Shown here: in pieces, positions 9,209-17,467 of the stretch
How positions within the stretch are numbered: the first letter of the stretch is position 1
Layout of the letters: every line of letters begins with the position of its first letter
NCBI GenBank assembly: GCA_964365675.1
Contig: CAYIQX010000002.1
Coordinates: 1-37,530 of the forward strand
Direction: 5' to 3'
Origin: an uncultured Candidatus Saccharibacteria bacterium
GTDB lineage: Bacteria; Patescibacteriota; Minisyncoccia; Sungbacterales; SURF-37
Length of the DNA stretch: 37,530 nt
Made by a program: the position numbers and the translations under genes
The notes under the pieces: generated by a model
What the model was told of the DNA's origin: nothing
Database searches by the model: none
Seen by the model: only the letters and a program-made list of their open reading frames with translations

Positions 9209-10366
9209 ATGGGTATGGAGACCGCTTCTAGTGTCCAGCAAATCATAGGGAAGAAGTTCGAATTCTTCCCCGATGACCTTAAGTCCGTGGTGGGGACTAC
9301 ACCACTTGCAAATATTATTTTCCAGGTAGGAAGGGACCACGGCCTGGCTATCGATAAAATCGGTTACTTGAGCGAAGTCGTCGGCGATTTTTTGGCCGGA
9401 GATATTGAGGCAAAGGACATCATACCGACCATCCAGGACCGTCTTTCTCTCTCGATAGAAAAGAGTAGAGAGATTGCAAAGGGGATCAACCGCCTCGTAT
9501 TTAGACCTCTCAGGGAAAAACTACGCGGATTATCCGAAAGACCATCAAGTGCAACGCCAGTGCCGCCGGCCGTATCGCCCACAATGCCGCCTCCATCATT
9601 CAGAGTTACGCCGCCGCCCCAGGTCCCGAAATCGCAACCGCTTGAAATTTCTAAACCCGAAACGTCTCGAAGGCCCGAGCCGCTTATTATCCGCCCGCTC
9701 CCCTCCTCCCGACCAGTTTACGAGACCCCAAGATCAACATCGGCAAAAACCGCCGGAGAAAACAAATGGCCGATCAGTGATATCAACGGAGGTACTCCGC
9801 CGAAACCTTCTGTTCCCCTCTCTGTCCCCATCACCGGAACAGCGCCTCGCACGGCCGAGAAGCCGGCGGTTGTACCGACGCCCGTGGAGCATCTCCCAAT
9901 GCCGATGCCCGCCGGAGCATCCGCACCCGTCATTAGACCATTCGGGGTTCACCCACCCCCACCAGCGTCAAAAACAGAAATGCTGTCACAACCGCCTTCG
10001 CCCCCCCAGAAAACTGAACTTCAAAAACCCCCGCCGCCCGCGGCGGCATACAATCGCGTCAAGGAGCAGGTTGAAAAGGAACTGGCGGCATTCAGGTCCA
10101 TACCCGCCCCTGAAAAGCCGCCCGAAGCAAAGCCATTGCCAGTGACTACCAAAGAGCTACTCCGGCAGGAAATCGAAAAATTCAGGACCCCGCCCCCATC
10201 TCCGACAGCCGGCGGGCCGCCGCAGAGACCCGAAGTCCCCAGCACCGAGGCATCCCCGCCGAAAGAACCAGCATCCGCGCCGCTGAAACTTCCCTCGCAG
10301 AAGATTCCCAAACCATCGGCGCCCGAAAAGTACACCACCGATCCATACAAGGAACTGCCGGAGTGA
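9209..10366 (+). CDS. Protein with a ~110-aa helical N-domain and a ~270-aa proline-rich tail (operon gene 4)
   Basis: ATG start. The tail is dominated by P/S/T/A/K/E (PPAVSPTMPPPSFRVTPPPQVPK...). No TM segment is visible. The alternative-frame ORFs are Arg-rich shadows. Confidence 0.65.
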   Translation: MGMETASSVQQIIGKKFEFFPDDLKSVVGTTPLANIIFQVGRDHGLAIDKIGYLSEVVGDFLAGDIEAKDIIPTIQDRLSLSIEKSREIAKGINRLVFRPLREKLRGLSERPSSATPVPPAVSPTMPPPSFRVTPPPQVPKSQPLEISKPETSRRPEPLIIRPLPSSRPVYETPRSTSAKTAGENKWPISDINGGTPPKPSVPLSVPITGTAPRTAEKPAVVPTPVEHLPMPMPAGASAPVIRPFGVHPPPPASKTEMLSQPPSPPQKTELQKPPPPAAAYNRVKEQVEKELAAFRSIPAPEKPPEAKPLPVTTKELLRQEIEKFRTPPPSPTAGGPPQRPEVPSTEASPPKEPASAPLKLPSQKIPKPSAPEKYTTDPYKELPE

Positions 10367-10383
10367 TCCGGGAAGACCGTACC

Positions 10384-10803
10384 ATGCAGCAATTTCAGGT
10401 TCCCCAATTCATCAACATCGAGGACCGCATCATTGGGCCGCTGACGCTTAAGCAGTTTCTGTATCTTCTTGGTGCGGCGGCGATCGGCATAGTGGGATGG
10501 TCATTCCTCCATTTCATTCTTTTTGTCCTTATACCGCTGCCGTTTGCCGGTCTCTTTATCGCGATGGCATTCGTAAAGATCAGTGGGCGCCCTCTTCCCG
10601 AAATTTTTTTTGCCGCAGTCAATTATTACCTCCGGCCGCGACTATACCTCTGGCGAAAAATTCCTGAAAAGAAAAAAATCGCCGCTGTCCCCGCGGCCAA
10701 GGAAGACCTGCTCCTTGCCGGCGTACCGAAATTTTCAAGCTCAAAACTCAACGACCTGGCCTGGAGTTTAGATATCAAGGAACGCCTCGGTAAAGAAAAC
10801 TGA
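10384..10803 (+). CDS. PrgI-family (VirB3-like) T4SS membrane protein
   Basis: MQQFQVPQFINIEDRIIGPLTLKQFLYLLGAAAIG is followed by two TM helices, the characteristic PrgI N-terminus. GTG 10363, overlapping the upstream stop, is an alternative start. Confidence 0.75.
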   Translation: MQQFQVPQFINIEDRIIGPLTLKQFLYLLGAAAIGIVGWSFLHFILFVLIPLPFAGLFIAMAFVKISGRPLPEIFFAAVNYYLRPRLYLWRKIPEKKKIAAVPAAKEDLLLAGVPKFSSSKLNDLAWSLDIKERLGKEN

Positions 10804-10805
10804 TC

Positions 10806-11492
10806 ATGTTCGTCGATAACGCCTCAAAAAAAGCCGCATCTACCGCCGCATCGCAGGAATTTCTGCCCATTGATGCCATACGCGATAACATCGTTCTCCT
10901 GAAGGGGGGCGGGGCACGAGCCGTACTTATGGTCTCCTCGCTCAATTTTGCCCTGAAATCGGAAGAGGAACAGGATGCGCTCGTTTTCCAGTATGAGAAC
11001 TTCCTGAACGCGCTCGACTTCCCCTTGCAACTCATCGTTCAGTCGCGCCATCTGAACATCCGCCCCTATCTCGACATCCTCGTCGAGCGCCGAAAGGAGG
11101 AAACGAACGATCTTCTAAAAATACAGATTGGGGAATACGCCGATTTTGTGAAATCTTTCGTGGAAATGACGAACATCGTGACCAAAACATTTTATGCGGT
11201 CGTCCCGTTCGTCCCATCGGTGGCTGAGCGAAGCAGCGGTTTCCTAAAGGGACTCAGTTTGATGTTCGGCAAATCGGCAAAGCCAGGCGCAAAAGAAGAC
11301 GAGAGCTTCGTCCAGCTGCGGAATCAACTTCTCCAGCGGGTAGACGCAGTCAGCGCCGGCCTTCGCCGCCTGGGCCTTAGAGTCGCTCCGCTCAACACCG
11401 AGGAACTGGTGGAGCTTTTCTACGGCCTGTATAACCCTTCCGAATCACAGCAGATCCGCGAGGACGAGCGTAAGGAAAAAGCAACGATATGA
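10806..11492 (+). CDS. VirB4 N-terminal-domain-like protein (separate ORF)
   Basis: The pattern FLPIDAIRDNIVLLKGGGARAVLMVSSLNFALKSEEEQDALVFQYENFLNAL resembles the N-terminal (CagE/TrbE/VirB-type) region of VirB4 ATPases. It ends in an ATGA overlap with the ATPase ORF. Confidence 0.6.
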   Translation: MFVDNASKKAASTAASQEFLPIDAIRDNIVLLKGGGARAVLMVSSLNFALKSEEEQDALVFQYENFLNALDFPLQLIVQSRHLNIRPYLDILVERRKEETNDLLKIQIGEYADFVKSFVEMTNIVTKTFYAVVPFVPSVAERSSGFLKGLSLMFGKSAKPGAKEDESFVQLRNQLLQRVDAVSAGLRRLGLRVAPLNTEELVELFYGLYNPSESQQIREDERKEKATI

Positions 11493-13339
11493 TACGGATA
11501 CCTTTTTTTGGCGGACAAAAAGGGAGCGCGCCGGAAATACTCTCCGTTTTCCCCGAGCAGATTTACCGGTCGGGCGTAGCCACGCTCCGTGATGTTATTG
11601 CGCCCGCCGCGCTTGAGATCAACCCAAGCTTCCTCCGCCTCGGAGAAAAGTTCGTGCGCACGCTCTTTGTTTTTTCCTACCCCCGCTATCTGAACACCAA
11701 CTGGTTTAGTCCCGTCATCAACCTCGACAAGGTATTCGATATCTCGTTTTTTATTCACCCCGTGGAAACATCAGTCGTACTCTCACAGCTCCGAAAACAA
11801 GTGGCGCGGGTGCAGTCACAGATCTCCATGCGCGAGGAAAAAGGACTGGTGCGGGACCCCATCCTTGATACCGCCTACCGCGATCTCGAAGAACTCCGTG
11901 ATAAACTCCAGCAAGCGCGAGAACGTCTCTTTAACTTTGGCCTCTACCTCTCCGTGTACGGCGCTTCCCTTGAAGAGCTCGACAAGGCCGAAGCGGAGAT
12001 CCGGACCATGCTCGAAGCGCGGTTGGTATACCTGAAGCCCGCGCTCTTCCAGCAGGAAGAGGGCTTTACTTCATCCCTGCCTCTCAACCTCGACCGCCTG
12101 CAGGTGCACAATTACCTGAACTCCGGCCCCATCTCCTCGACGTTCCCCTTTGTCTCTTTTGACTTAACCTCGAACCGCGGCATTCTCTACGGCATAAACC
12201 GGCATAATAACTCTCTCGTACTTTTCGACCGCTTCTCCCTTCCGAACGCTAATTCCGTGACGTTCGCGACGTCAGGCGCCGGCAAGAGCTATGCCACAAA
12301 GCTTGAGATACTGCGCTCCCTTATGTTCGGCGTGGACGTCATCGTCATTGACCCGGAGCGTGAATATCAGTATCTCGCCGAGGCGACCGGCGGCGCATTT
12401 TTCAACATTTCCCTCACTTCGCCAAACCATATAAACCCCTTCGACCTGCCCATTCCGCGGGAAGACGAATCGCCCTCGGACGTGCTCCGCTCGAACATTA
12501 TCAACCTCGTTGGATTTTTCCGGATACTTTTGGGCGGGCTCACGCCGCAGGAGGACGCCCTTCTTGACCGCGCCATTGCCGAAACATACGCGGCGCGCGA
12601 CATCACTCCGGATACCGATTTTGCGTCCGCCGTACCGCCCACGCTTTCGGACCTTGAACTGGTGCTCGCGGCCACGGAGGGCGGTGAAGATCTTGCGGTA
12701 CGACTGAAAAAATATACCGGGGGCACCTGGGCCGGCTTCATCAACCAGCAGACCAACCTGGACGTAAAAAACCGCCTGGTCGTTTTCTCGGTGCGCGACA
12801 TGGAAGAGGAGCTCCGGCCGGTCGCTATGTACATGGTGCTCCACTATATCTGGAATCTCGTCCGTTCCGAACTGAAAAAACGCATCCTGGTCGTAGATGA
12901 GGCCTGGTGGTTGATGCGCTATGAGGACGGCGCCTCATTCCTGTATGGCATCGCCAAGCGCGCCCGGAAGTACTACCTCGGCCTCTCCACTATCACCCAG
13001 GACGTGGCCGACTTTATGGGCTCACCCTACGGCAAGCCGCTGGTAACCAACTCCTCGATGCAGCTACTCCTCCGGCAGTCGCCGGCGACGATCAAGACGG
13101 TCGTTGAAACCTTCAACCTCACCGATGAGGAAAAGTTCCTTCTCCTAGAATCAGAGGTGGGGGAAGGAATATTTTTCGCCGGACTAAAACACGTGGCCAT
13201 TAAAGTCATTGCCTCCTACACCGAAGACCAGGTCATTACCTCTGACCCATCGCAGCTACTGCTTATTAAGAAGTCCAAGGAAGAATTCGCAAAGGTCCAT
13301 AGCTCTGATGCGGTCGAACAGCCGGCTAGCCATGGATGA
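11489..13339 (+). CDS. virB4: VirB4/TraC-family T4SS ATPase
   Basis: Walker A FATSGAGKSYATK and Walker B RILVVDEAWWLM are present. STITQDVADF and the size and layout are typical of monoderm VirB4 homologues. Confidence 0.9.
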   Translation: MIRIPFFGGQKGSAPEILSVFPEQIYRSGVATLRDVIAPAALEINPSFLRLGEKFVRTLFVFSYPRYLNTNWFSPVINLDKVFDISFFIHPVETSVVLSQLRKQVARVQSQISMREEKGLVRDPILDTAYRDLEELRDKLQQARERLFNFGLYLSVYGASLEELDKAEAEIRTMLEARLVYLKPALFQQEEGFTSSLPLNLDRLQVHNYLNSGPISSTFPFVSFDLTSNRGILYGINRHNNSLVLFDRFSLPNANSVTFATSGAGKSYATKLEILRSLMFGVDVIVIDPEREYQYLAEATGGAFFNISLTSPNHINPFDLPIPREDESPSDVLRSNIINLVGFFRILLGGLTPQEDALLDRAIAETYAARDITPDTDFASAVPPTLSDLELVLAATEGGEDLAVRLKKYTGGTWAGFINQQTNLDVKNRLVVFSVRDMEEELRPVAMYMVLHYIWNLVRSELKKRILVVDEAWWLMRYEDGASFLYGIAKRARKYYLGLSTITQDVADFMGSPYGKPLVTNSSMQLLLRQSPATIKTVVETFNLTDEEKFLLLESEVGEGIFFAGLKHVAIKVIASYTEDQVITSDPSQLLLIKKSKEEFAKVHSSDAVEQPASHG

Positions 13340-13835
13340 CGATAGACAAGTAAAAGATACCGCGCGGCGTATTCAGTGGCGAGAAGCCATCGCGCCGCGT
13401 CTCCAGCCGATCGTCACTCGTGTGGCCGGAGCGATCGCCGAGCGACTGAACCGCGAGATCGAAGCTGGCCATGATGCTTCCGTGTTTATCTTTGCGCTTT
13501 GGCTAGCCATCCTAAAGGACGGACTCCTGGATTGGGGCCTCAACCTTATCGGCATCGGCCTTATTCCGATCGTTGGGCAAATACCGGGATGGCTTGTGTC
13601 GGGCATCCTCTACTATTTCCTTTGGGGGAAGGGCTGGTTCCGAAGGACAAAGATCCGTGTCGGTTACTGGGTGCTTGCCCTTTTCTTCGACAACCTGCCC
13701 GGCTTTGAGGAGCTCCCGCTTACGACCATCGAGGTCTGCCTTGCCTGGTGGATGATCCGGCATCGCGCCCGACAGGCAGAGACGGAACTGCGGGCCCATG
13801 AGCAGAAAATGCGTGCTACACTAGAAGCGGGCTAA
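13332..13835 (+). CDS. Small multi-pass membrane protein, unknown function (operon gene 8)
   Basis: ATG 13332 overlaps the virB4 stop (ATGGATGA). There are 3-4 hydrophobic helices (VFIFALWLAILKDGLL, IGIGLIPIVGQIPGWLVSGILYYFLW, VGYWVLALFF, IEVCLAWWMI). The track ORF from 13209 lies inside virB4 and is not credible. Confidence 0.65.
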   Translation: MDDDRQVKDTARRIQWREAIAPRLQPIVTRVAGAIAERLNREIEAGHDASVFIFALWLAILKDGLLDWGLNLIGIGLIPIVGQIPGWLVSGILYYFLWGKGWFRRTKIRVGYWVLALFFDNLPGFEELPLTTIEVCLAWWMIRHRARQAETELRAHEQKMRATLEAG

Positions 13836-13839
13836 TAAA

Positions 13840-15126
13840 ATGACTGCCTCTATACAAAACACACTTCTCCTGCTCCCCGCTGCTGTCCTGACTTTGACTA
13901 TTTCGACTGCGTTCCTGCCCGCGGGCGCCGCGGTAACGCCGATATTCACGCTCCTTGTTTCCCCGGAACTCCCCGTGACCGGCGAACGGGTCACTATTTC
14001 CTCGCTCGCCACGAATTTTACCGCCTCTACGACCGTCTTCACCTGGTTCCGCGAGGACGTAGCCGTGCCCATTGCATCTGGCAAGGGTTTGTCAAAAATA
14101 TCCCTTACCTCGACTCCCCAGGCCAACGGCGCGATGCGAATTCGCCTTGAAGTTGATCCTGGAACGGGCTTCACGCGCAAGAGTGAAACCACTACTATCC
14201 TCGTTCTCCCCTCCAGCGCCGTCAGCGGGGGAGCTGCCGACGAGCAACCCGTCGAAGACTTCACCCTCGAGGCCTCAAGTATAAACCCAGACGCCGGGGA
14301 GACAGTAACCCTTGAAGTGGTCACGTTTGCTTTTGACCGGGCTGTCGCTTCATACCGCTGGTACACTGATGGCGTTCTCCAGCGCGATGCCAGCGGCCGC
14401 GGACGCTCCCGATTTAGTATGCAGGCGGGGAGCGAAGGGACCGCGAAAAATATCCGCATCGAAGTCACTCTGCCGAACGGCAACGTACGCGCCAAAAGCA
14501 CTGTCATCCAAACACTGTCTGCACCCCTCTATTGGTGGACTGATACGGTCGTTCCGTACTGGTACAAAGGTAAGGCCCTCCCCGTCGTCGGCTCCACGGT
14601 GACCATCTTTGCCCTGCCCAACATACGAAATTCGTCCAACGTCTCCCACCAGTGGCGCACGAACGGCTCAGTCGACGTGAGCGCATCGGGAACGGCCAAG
14701 CCAACCTTCTCTTTGCGTCTTAACTTCCCCGTGGCCGAAGAGATCGAGGTCAGCATGCGGGACTCCCTCGGTACGTTTGCCAAAACAGCACGCGTGGAGA
14801 TCGAGCCGGTTCTCCCGAGCGTAGGAGTATACGAGCTTCGGCCGCTCTCGGGGGTGGCATTCGAGCGGTCGCTCAAGGAATTTTCCGCCCCGGCCGGGGA
14901 ACCGTACGACTTTCTTGCTACCCCGTTCTTCTTCCCCCAAGGTCAGTCGCCCCGGTATACATGGACCCTGAACGGTGAACCGATCTCCGGGACATTCACC
15001 AATCCGTGGCGTTTCACGCTGGAGAGCGATCCCGGAGAAACGTCAGTAAACGATCTCCGTCTTGAAGTCGCCGGAGCGCGAAATGCCCAACGCGCGGCAA
15101 GTAACGTCCGCATTAATCTTCGCTAA
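13840..15126 (+). CDS. Secreted protein with four beta-sandwich (Ig/PKD-like) repeats
   Basis: A signal-like N-terminus is present (LLLLPAAVLTLTISTAFLPAGAA). Four units of about 95 aa share the pattern P..GE.VT......, aromatic-x-W-x-x-[DN]G, ...F.L (TWFREDV, YRWYTDGV, HQWRTNGS, YTWTLNGE). Confidence 0.72.
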   Translation: MTASIQNTLLLLPAAVLTLTISTAFLPAGAAVTPIFTLLVSPELPVTGERVTISSLATNFTASTTVFTWFREDVAVPIASGKGLSKISLTSTPQANGAMRIRLEVDPGTGFTRKSETTTILVLPSSAVSGGAADEQPVEDFTLEASSINPDAGETVTLEVVTFAFDRAVASYRWYTDGVLQRDASGRGRSRFSMQAGSEGTAKNIRIEVTLPNGNVRAKSTVIQTLSAPLYWWTDTVVPYWYKGKALPVVGSTVTIFALPNIRNSSNVSHQWRTNGSVDVSASGTAKPTFSLRLNFPVAEEIEVSMRDSLGTFAKTARVEIEPVLPSVGVYELRPLSGVAFERSLKEFSAPAGEPYDFLATPFFFPQGQSPRYTWTLNGEPISGTFTNPWRFTLESDPGETSVNDLRLEVAGARNAQRAASNVRINLR

Positions 15127-15695
15127 TGAAACTTTCTCCTCTTCTTCAAACAGTTGGTACCTCGATCATCCTTTGTACGGCCATTATAGCGCTCGCGTCA
15201 TTGGTGCCGGCCGCATACGCGGCAGACGACCATCCCACGGTCAGAGCCGACGGCACGAGAGAGGGGGGAGGAGGAGAAGGGAGCGGCGGCGGAGGAACAA
15301 AAGATGGTGGCGGAGGTCAAAAAAATCCTGATGTGGCGGGATATCTTACTCAAGTTTACCGCTGGTTCCTTGGATTTATCGGTATTGCCGCTCTCTTCGC
15401 CCTCGTGACCGGCGGCGTACTTTGGATGGCCTCGGGCACGAGCGTCACCGACGTGGGGCGGGCCAAACGGTGGATATCAAATGCCATTTGGGGCATCGTG
15501 CTCGCCGCCGCATCGTTTCTCCTTTTAAAAACTATCAACCCGGAACTCGTCGGGGGATTTGATATCAACGCGGTGATAGACCGGGCAGTGCGCGCTAAAT
15601 TGCAAAAGCCATCGCCGGATACCATCACCCCGGGGCCAAATGTAATCCCGCGAAAGCCCGACCCCGGCGGAGTAAACACGTCAGTCGGAAACTAA
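15126..15695 (+). CDS. VirB2/TrbC-like T4SS pilin candidate
   Basis: There is a signal peptide ending AYA|ADD, then a Gly-rich spacer (GGGGEGSGGGGTKDGGGG). A two-helix hairpin follows (FLGFIGIAALFALVTGGVLWM - basic loop GRAKRW - ISNAIWGIVLAAASFLLL), then a tail of about 50 aa. The TAATG overlaps the upstream gene. Confidence 0.6.
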   Translation: MKLSPLLQTVGTSIILCTAIIALASLVPAAYAADDHPTVRADGTREGGGGEGSGGGGTKDGGGGQKNPDVAGYLTQVYRWFLGFIGIAALFALVTGGVLWMASGTSVTDVGRAKRWISNAIWGIVLAAASFLLLKTINPELVGGFDINAVIDRAVRAKLQKPSPDTITPGPNVIPRKPDPGGVNTSVGN

Positions 15696-15699
15696 ATCC

Positions 15700-16857
15700 A
15701 TGAGCCGCAAGACCTCCATTGCCATCGCCGTCCTCCTGCTGGTAAGCATTGGTGTTGCCGTGTTCTTCTTTTTTGGTTCTCCGGGCAGTCCGTCTGACCA
15801 GCCGCGCTTTGGGAATCTTCCCATTATCGGCGGCCGTGCCCCGCTTCCTCTTCCTCTTCCTCCGCCGCCCGCAAACGGTATACGGCCGGAAGAGGTAGGG
15901 GCACGGCTCCGTCAAATCATTGACAAAAACATACTCGCACCAACCCTCTCCGGGGACCAAAAATCCATCTACTTTGTAGATCGCGCCACCGGCCATCTCA
16001 TGGCAAGTGACTTAGACGGGAATACCGAGACCGCCCTCGCCAACCTTACCGTACTCGAGGCGTTTGAAGGATTCTGGTCGCCGCTGAAAACAAAAATAGC
16101 GCTTTTTTATCACGAGAGCGGCATGGTGAAAAAATTCATAGAGGAAGTAGCCACGGGCACCCCTTCGCGCTTCCTCTCTTCGGATGTTCAAGCGTTTGCC
16201 TGGTCGCCGGACGGGAAAAGCATGGTCTACCTTCTTCGCCAGAATGCGCAAATGAATCTCGTCATTGCCGACCAGCTGAACCGTTCGAGCCGTGTTGTTT
16301 TCTCCACGCCGGTGCCGGACTTCACCCTCCGGTGGATCTCGACAAATACCATACTGCTTGTTTCAAAGCCGTCAGGACTCGCGCCATCGCTCCTCATGCG
16401 TTTTGATGTCGCCGCCCGCCGGGCCGATCCGATCCTCGCGGGCGGGCGGGGGGTCATCACCCTGCCGCTTCCGGACGGTAGCGGATTCGTATTCTCCCAG
16501 TCGTCCGAGCGCGGCGAGGCCCAGCCGCTTATGCTCTACACGTTCAAGGATGCCAAGATCACGCCGCTTAATATAGTCACCCTCGCCGAGAAATGCGCGT
16601 CAGCCCCGGATTCCAAGAACATCTATTGCGGTGTTCCGACCGGCACCATCCGCATTCCATCGCCGGATGAGTGGTACCGTGGCGCGGTTTCTTTTTCCGA
16701 TTCCATCGCCACCATTGATCTCTCTGCCGGCAGTACCCGCGTGCTTCTCGAGAACGGACCCGACCTTGACGTGGTCTCGCCGTTCACGAGCGCCGATGAG
16801 CGTTTCCTTTTCTTTCAGGACAAAAAAACCGGCGCGCTTTGGCGGCTGACGCTATAA
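15700..16857 (+). CDS. Membrane-anchored TolB-like beta-propeller protein (last operon gene)
   Basis: There is an N-terminal TM and a PLPLPLPPPP linker. Repeated propeller-blade-like motifs are present (FAWSPDGKSMVYL, LPDGSGFVFS, SADERFLFF). Confidence 0.7.
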   Translation: MSRKTSIAIAVLLLVSIGVAVFFFFGSPGSPSDQPRFGNLPIIGGRAPLPLPLPPPPANGIRPEEVGARLRQIIDKNILAPTLSGDQKSIYFVDRATGHLMASDLDGNTETALANLTVLEAFEGFWSPLKTKIALFYHESGMVKKFIEEVATGTPSRFLSSDVQAFAWSPDGKSMVYLLRQNAQMNLVIADQLNRSSRVVFSTPVPDFTLRWISTNTILLVSKPSGLAPSLLMRFDVAARRADPILAGGRGVITLPLPDGSGFVFSQSSERGEAQPLMLYTFKDAKITPLNIVTLAEKCASAPDSKNIYCGVPTGTIRIPSPDEWYRGAVSFSDSIATIDLSAGSTRVLLENGPDLDVVSPFTSADERFLFFQDKKTGALWRLTL

Positions 16858-16865
16858 GGACGGAT

Positions 16866-16918
16866 AAAAAAAGCTCCGGAATCCAGAACCTTGACGTCAG
16901 GTTGCTGGACCCGGAGCT
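16866..16918 (-). terminator. Rho-independent terminator of the SPFH module; the hairpin also closes the convergent T4SS-like operon
   Basis: AGCTCCGG (16872-16879) pairs with CCGGAGCT (16911-16918), and an inner CCAGAACC/GGTTGCTGG stem is present. On the minus strand the hairpin is followed by TTTTTTT (16872-16866). Confidence 0.6.
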
Positions 16919-17026
16919 GATGAGAGGATCAACTTGGACGGTGCGGTACCGCGCGCCCAGCAACCCTCGTTTATACCCCACGAGGATGGGCTGGATGTCC
17001 GAGACCGGGAGCGAAAAGTGCGAACT

Positions 17027-17461
17027 TCAGGGGCAGGGACTACTGGACGGCCACACCCAGAGACGCACCACGCCCTGGCCCGTGCGATCGAGAGCCAGGG
17101 AAACCGGATCGCTGAGGCCGAACTTGCCGCGGGCGGGTTTTTCGCCGCCATCGGCGAACCTGATACGAGTTTCCTTGATGTCGGGTCCTCCCAGCGAGTA
17201 GCACCACAGGCCCGGGATGAGATGCTCGATCCTGACCCACTCCCGGCCGTTCAGCTGGATGTCGTAACGAATCGGAGCCCGAGCTGGTAGGGTGCCTGAC
17301 GAGGAAACACCGGGCAGGCTCCTCGCTGGAGCCGGCGTGTCCGTGCCTGAACCGAGCCACGCCACCAGAAACCAGACACCGAACAAGCCCATGAGCACGT
17401 AGGTGACGGCCCATATCCTGCCCCGCGCTGTGCTGAGATTCGGCTTGGGCAAATGCGCCAT
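17027..17461 (-). CDS. Single-pass membrane protein, possible NfeD-like partner of the SPFH protein
   Basis: ATG 17461 is preceded by GGAGG (17475-17471), which lies inside the last codons of the upstream SPFH gene. The layout is an N-terminal TM (IWAVTYVLMGLFGVWFLVAWL), a P/S linker, then a beta-rich domain of about 85 aa. Third codon positions are strongly G/C. The NfeD analogy is inference only. Confidence 0.65.
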   Translation of the reverse strand: MAHLPKPNLSTARGRIWAVTYVLMGLFGVWFLVAWLGSGTDTPAPARSLPGVSSSGTLPARAPIRYDIQLNGREWVRIEHLIPGLWCYSLGGPDIKETRIRFADGGEKPARGKFGLSDPVSLALDRTGQGVVRLWVWPSSSPCP

Positions 17462-17467
17462 GCCGCT

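Noticed and set aside
9474-10145. 223-aa alternative-frame ORF within the Pro-rich gene.
   Set aside because: It is an Arg-rich translation of CCN/CCG-rich sequence read out of frame. It is not coupled to its neighbours.
12272-12844. 190-aa and 155-aa minus-strand ORFs.
   Set aside because: They are antisense to the well-supported VirB4 ATPase.
13209-13331. 5' extension of the membrane-protein ORF, from the track start at 13209.
   Set aside because: It lies inside virB4 in another frame. ATG 13332 gives the usual stop/start overlap.
13821-14507. 228-aa minus-strand ORF.
   Set aside because: It is antisense to the four-repeat secreted protein gene.
16839-17290. Plus-strand ORFs of 120 and 118 aa opposite the small membrane protein gene.
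   Set aside because: The minus-strand frame has a GGAGG RBS, coupling to the SPFH gene, a TM helix and strong G/C third positions. The plus-strand ORFs cross the terminator or have no start signals.
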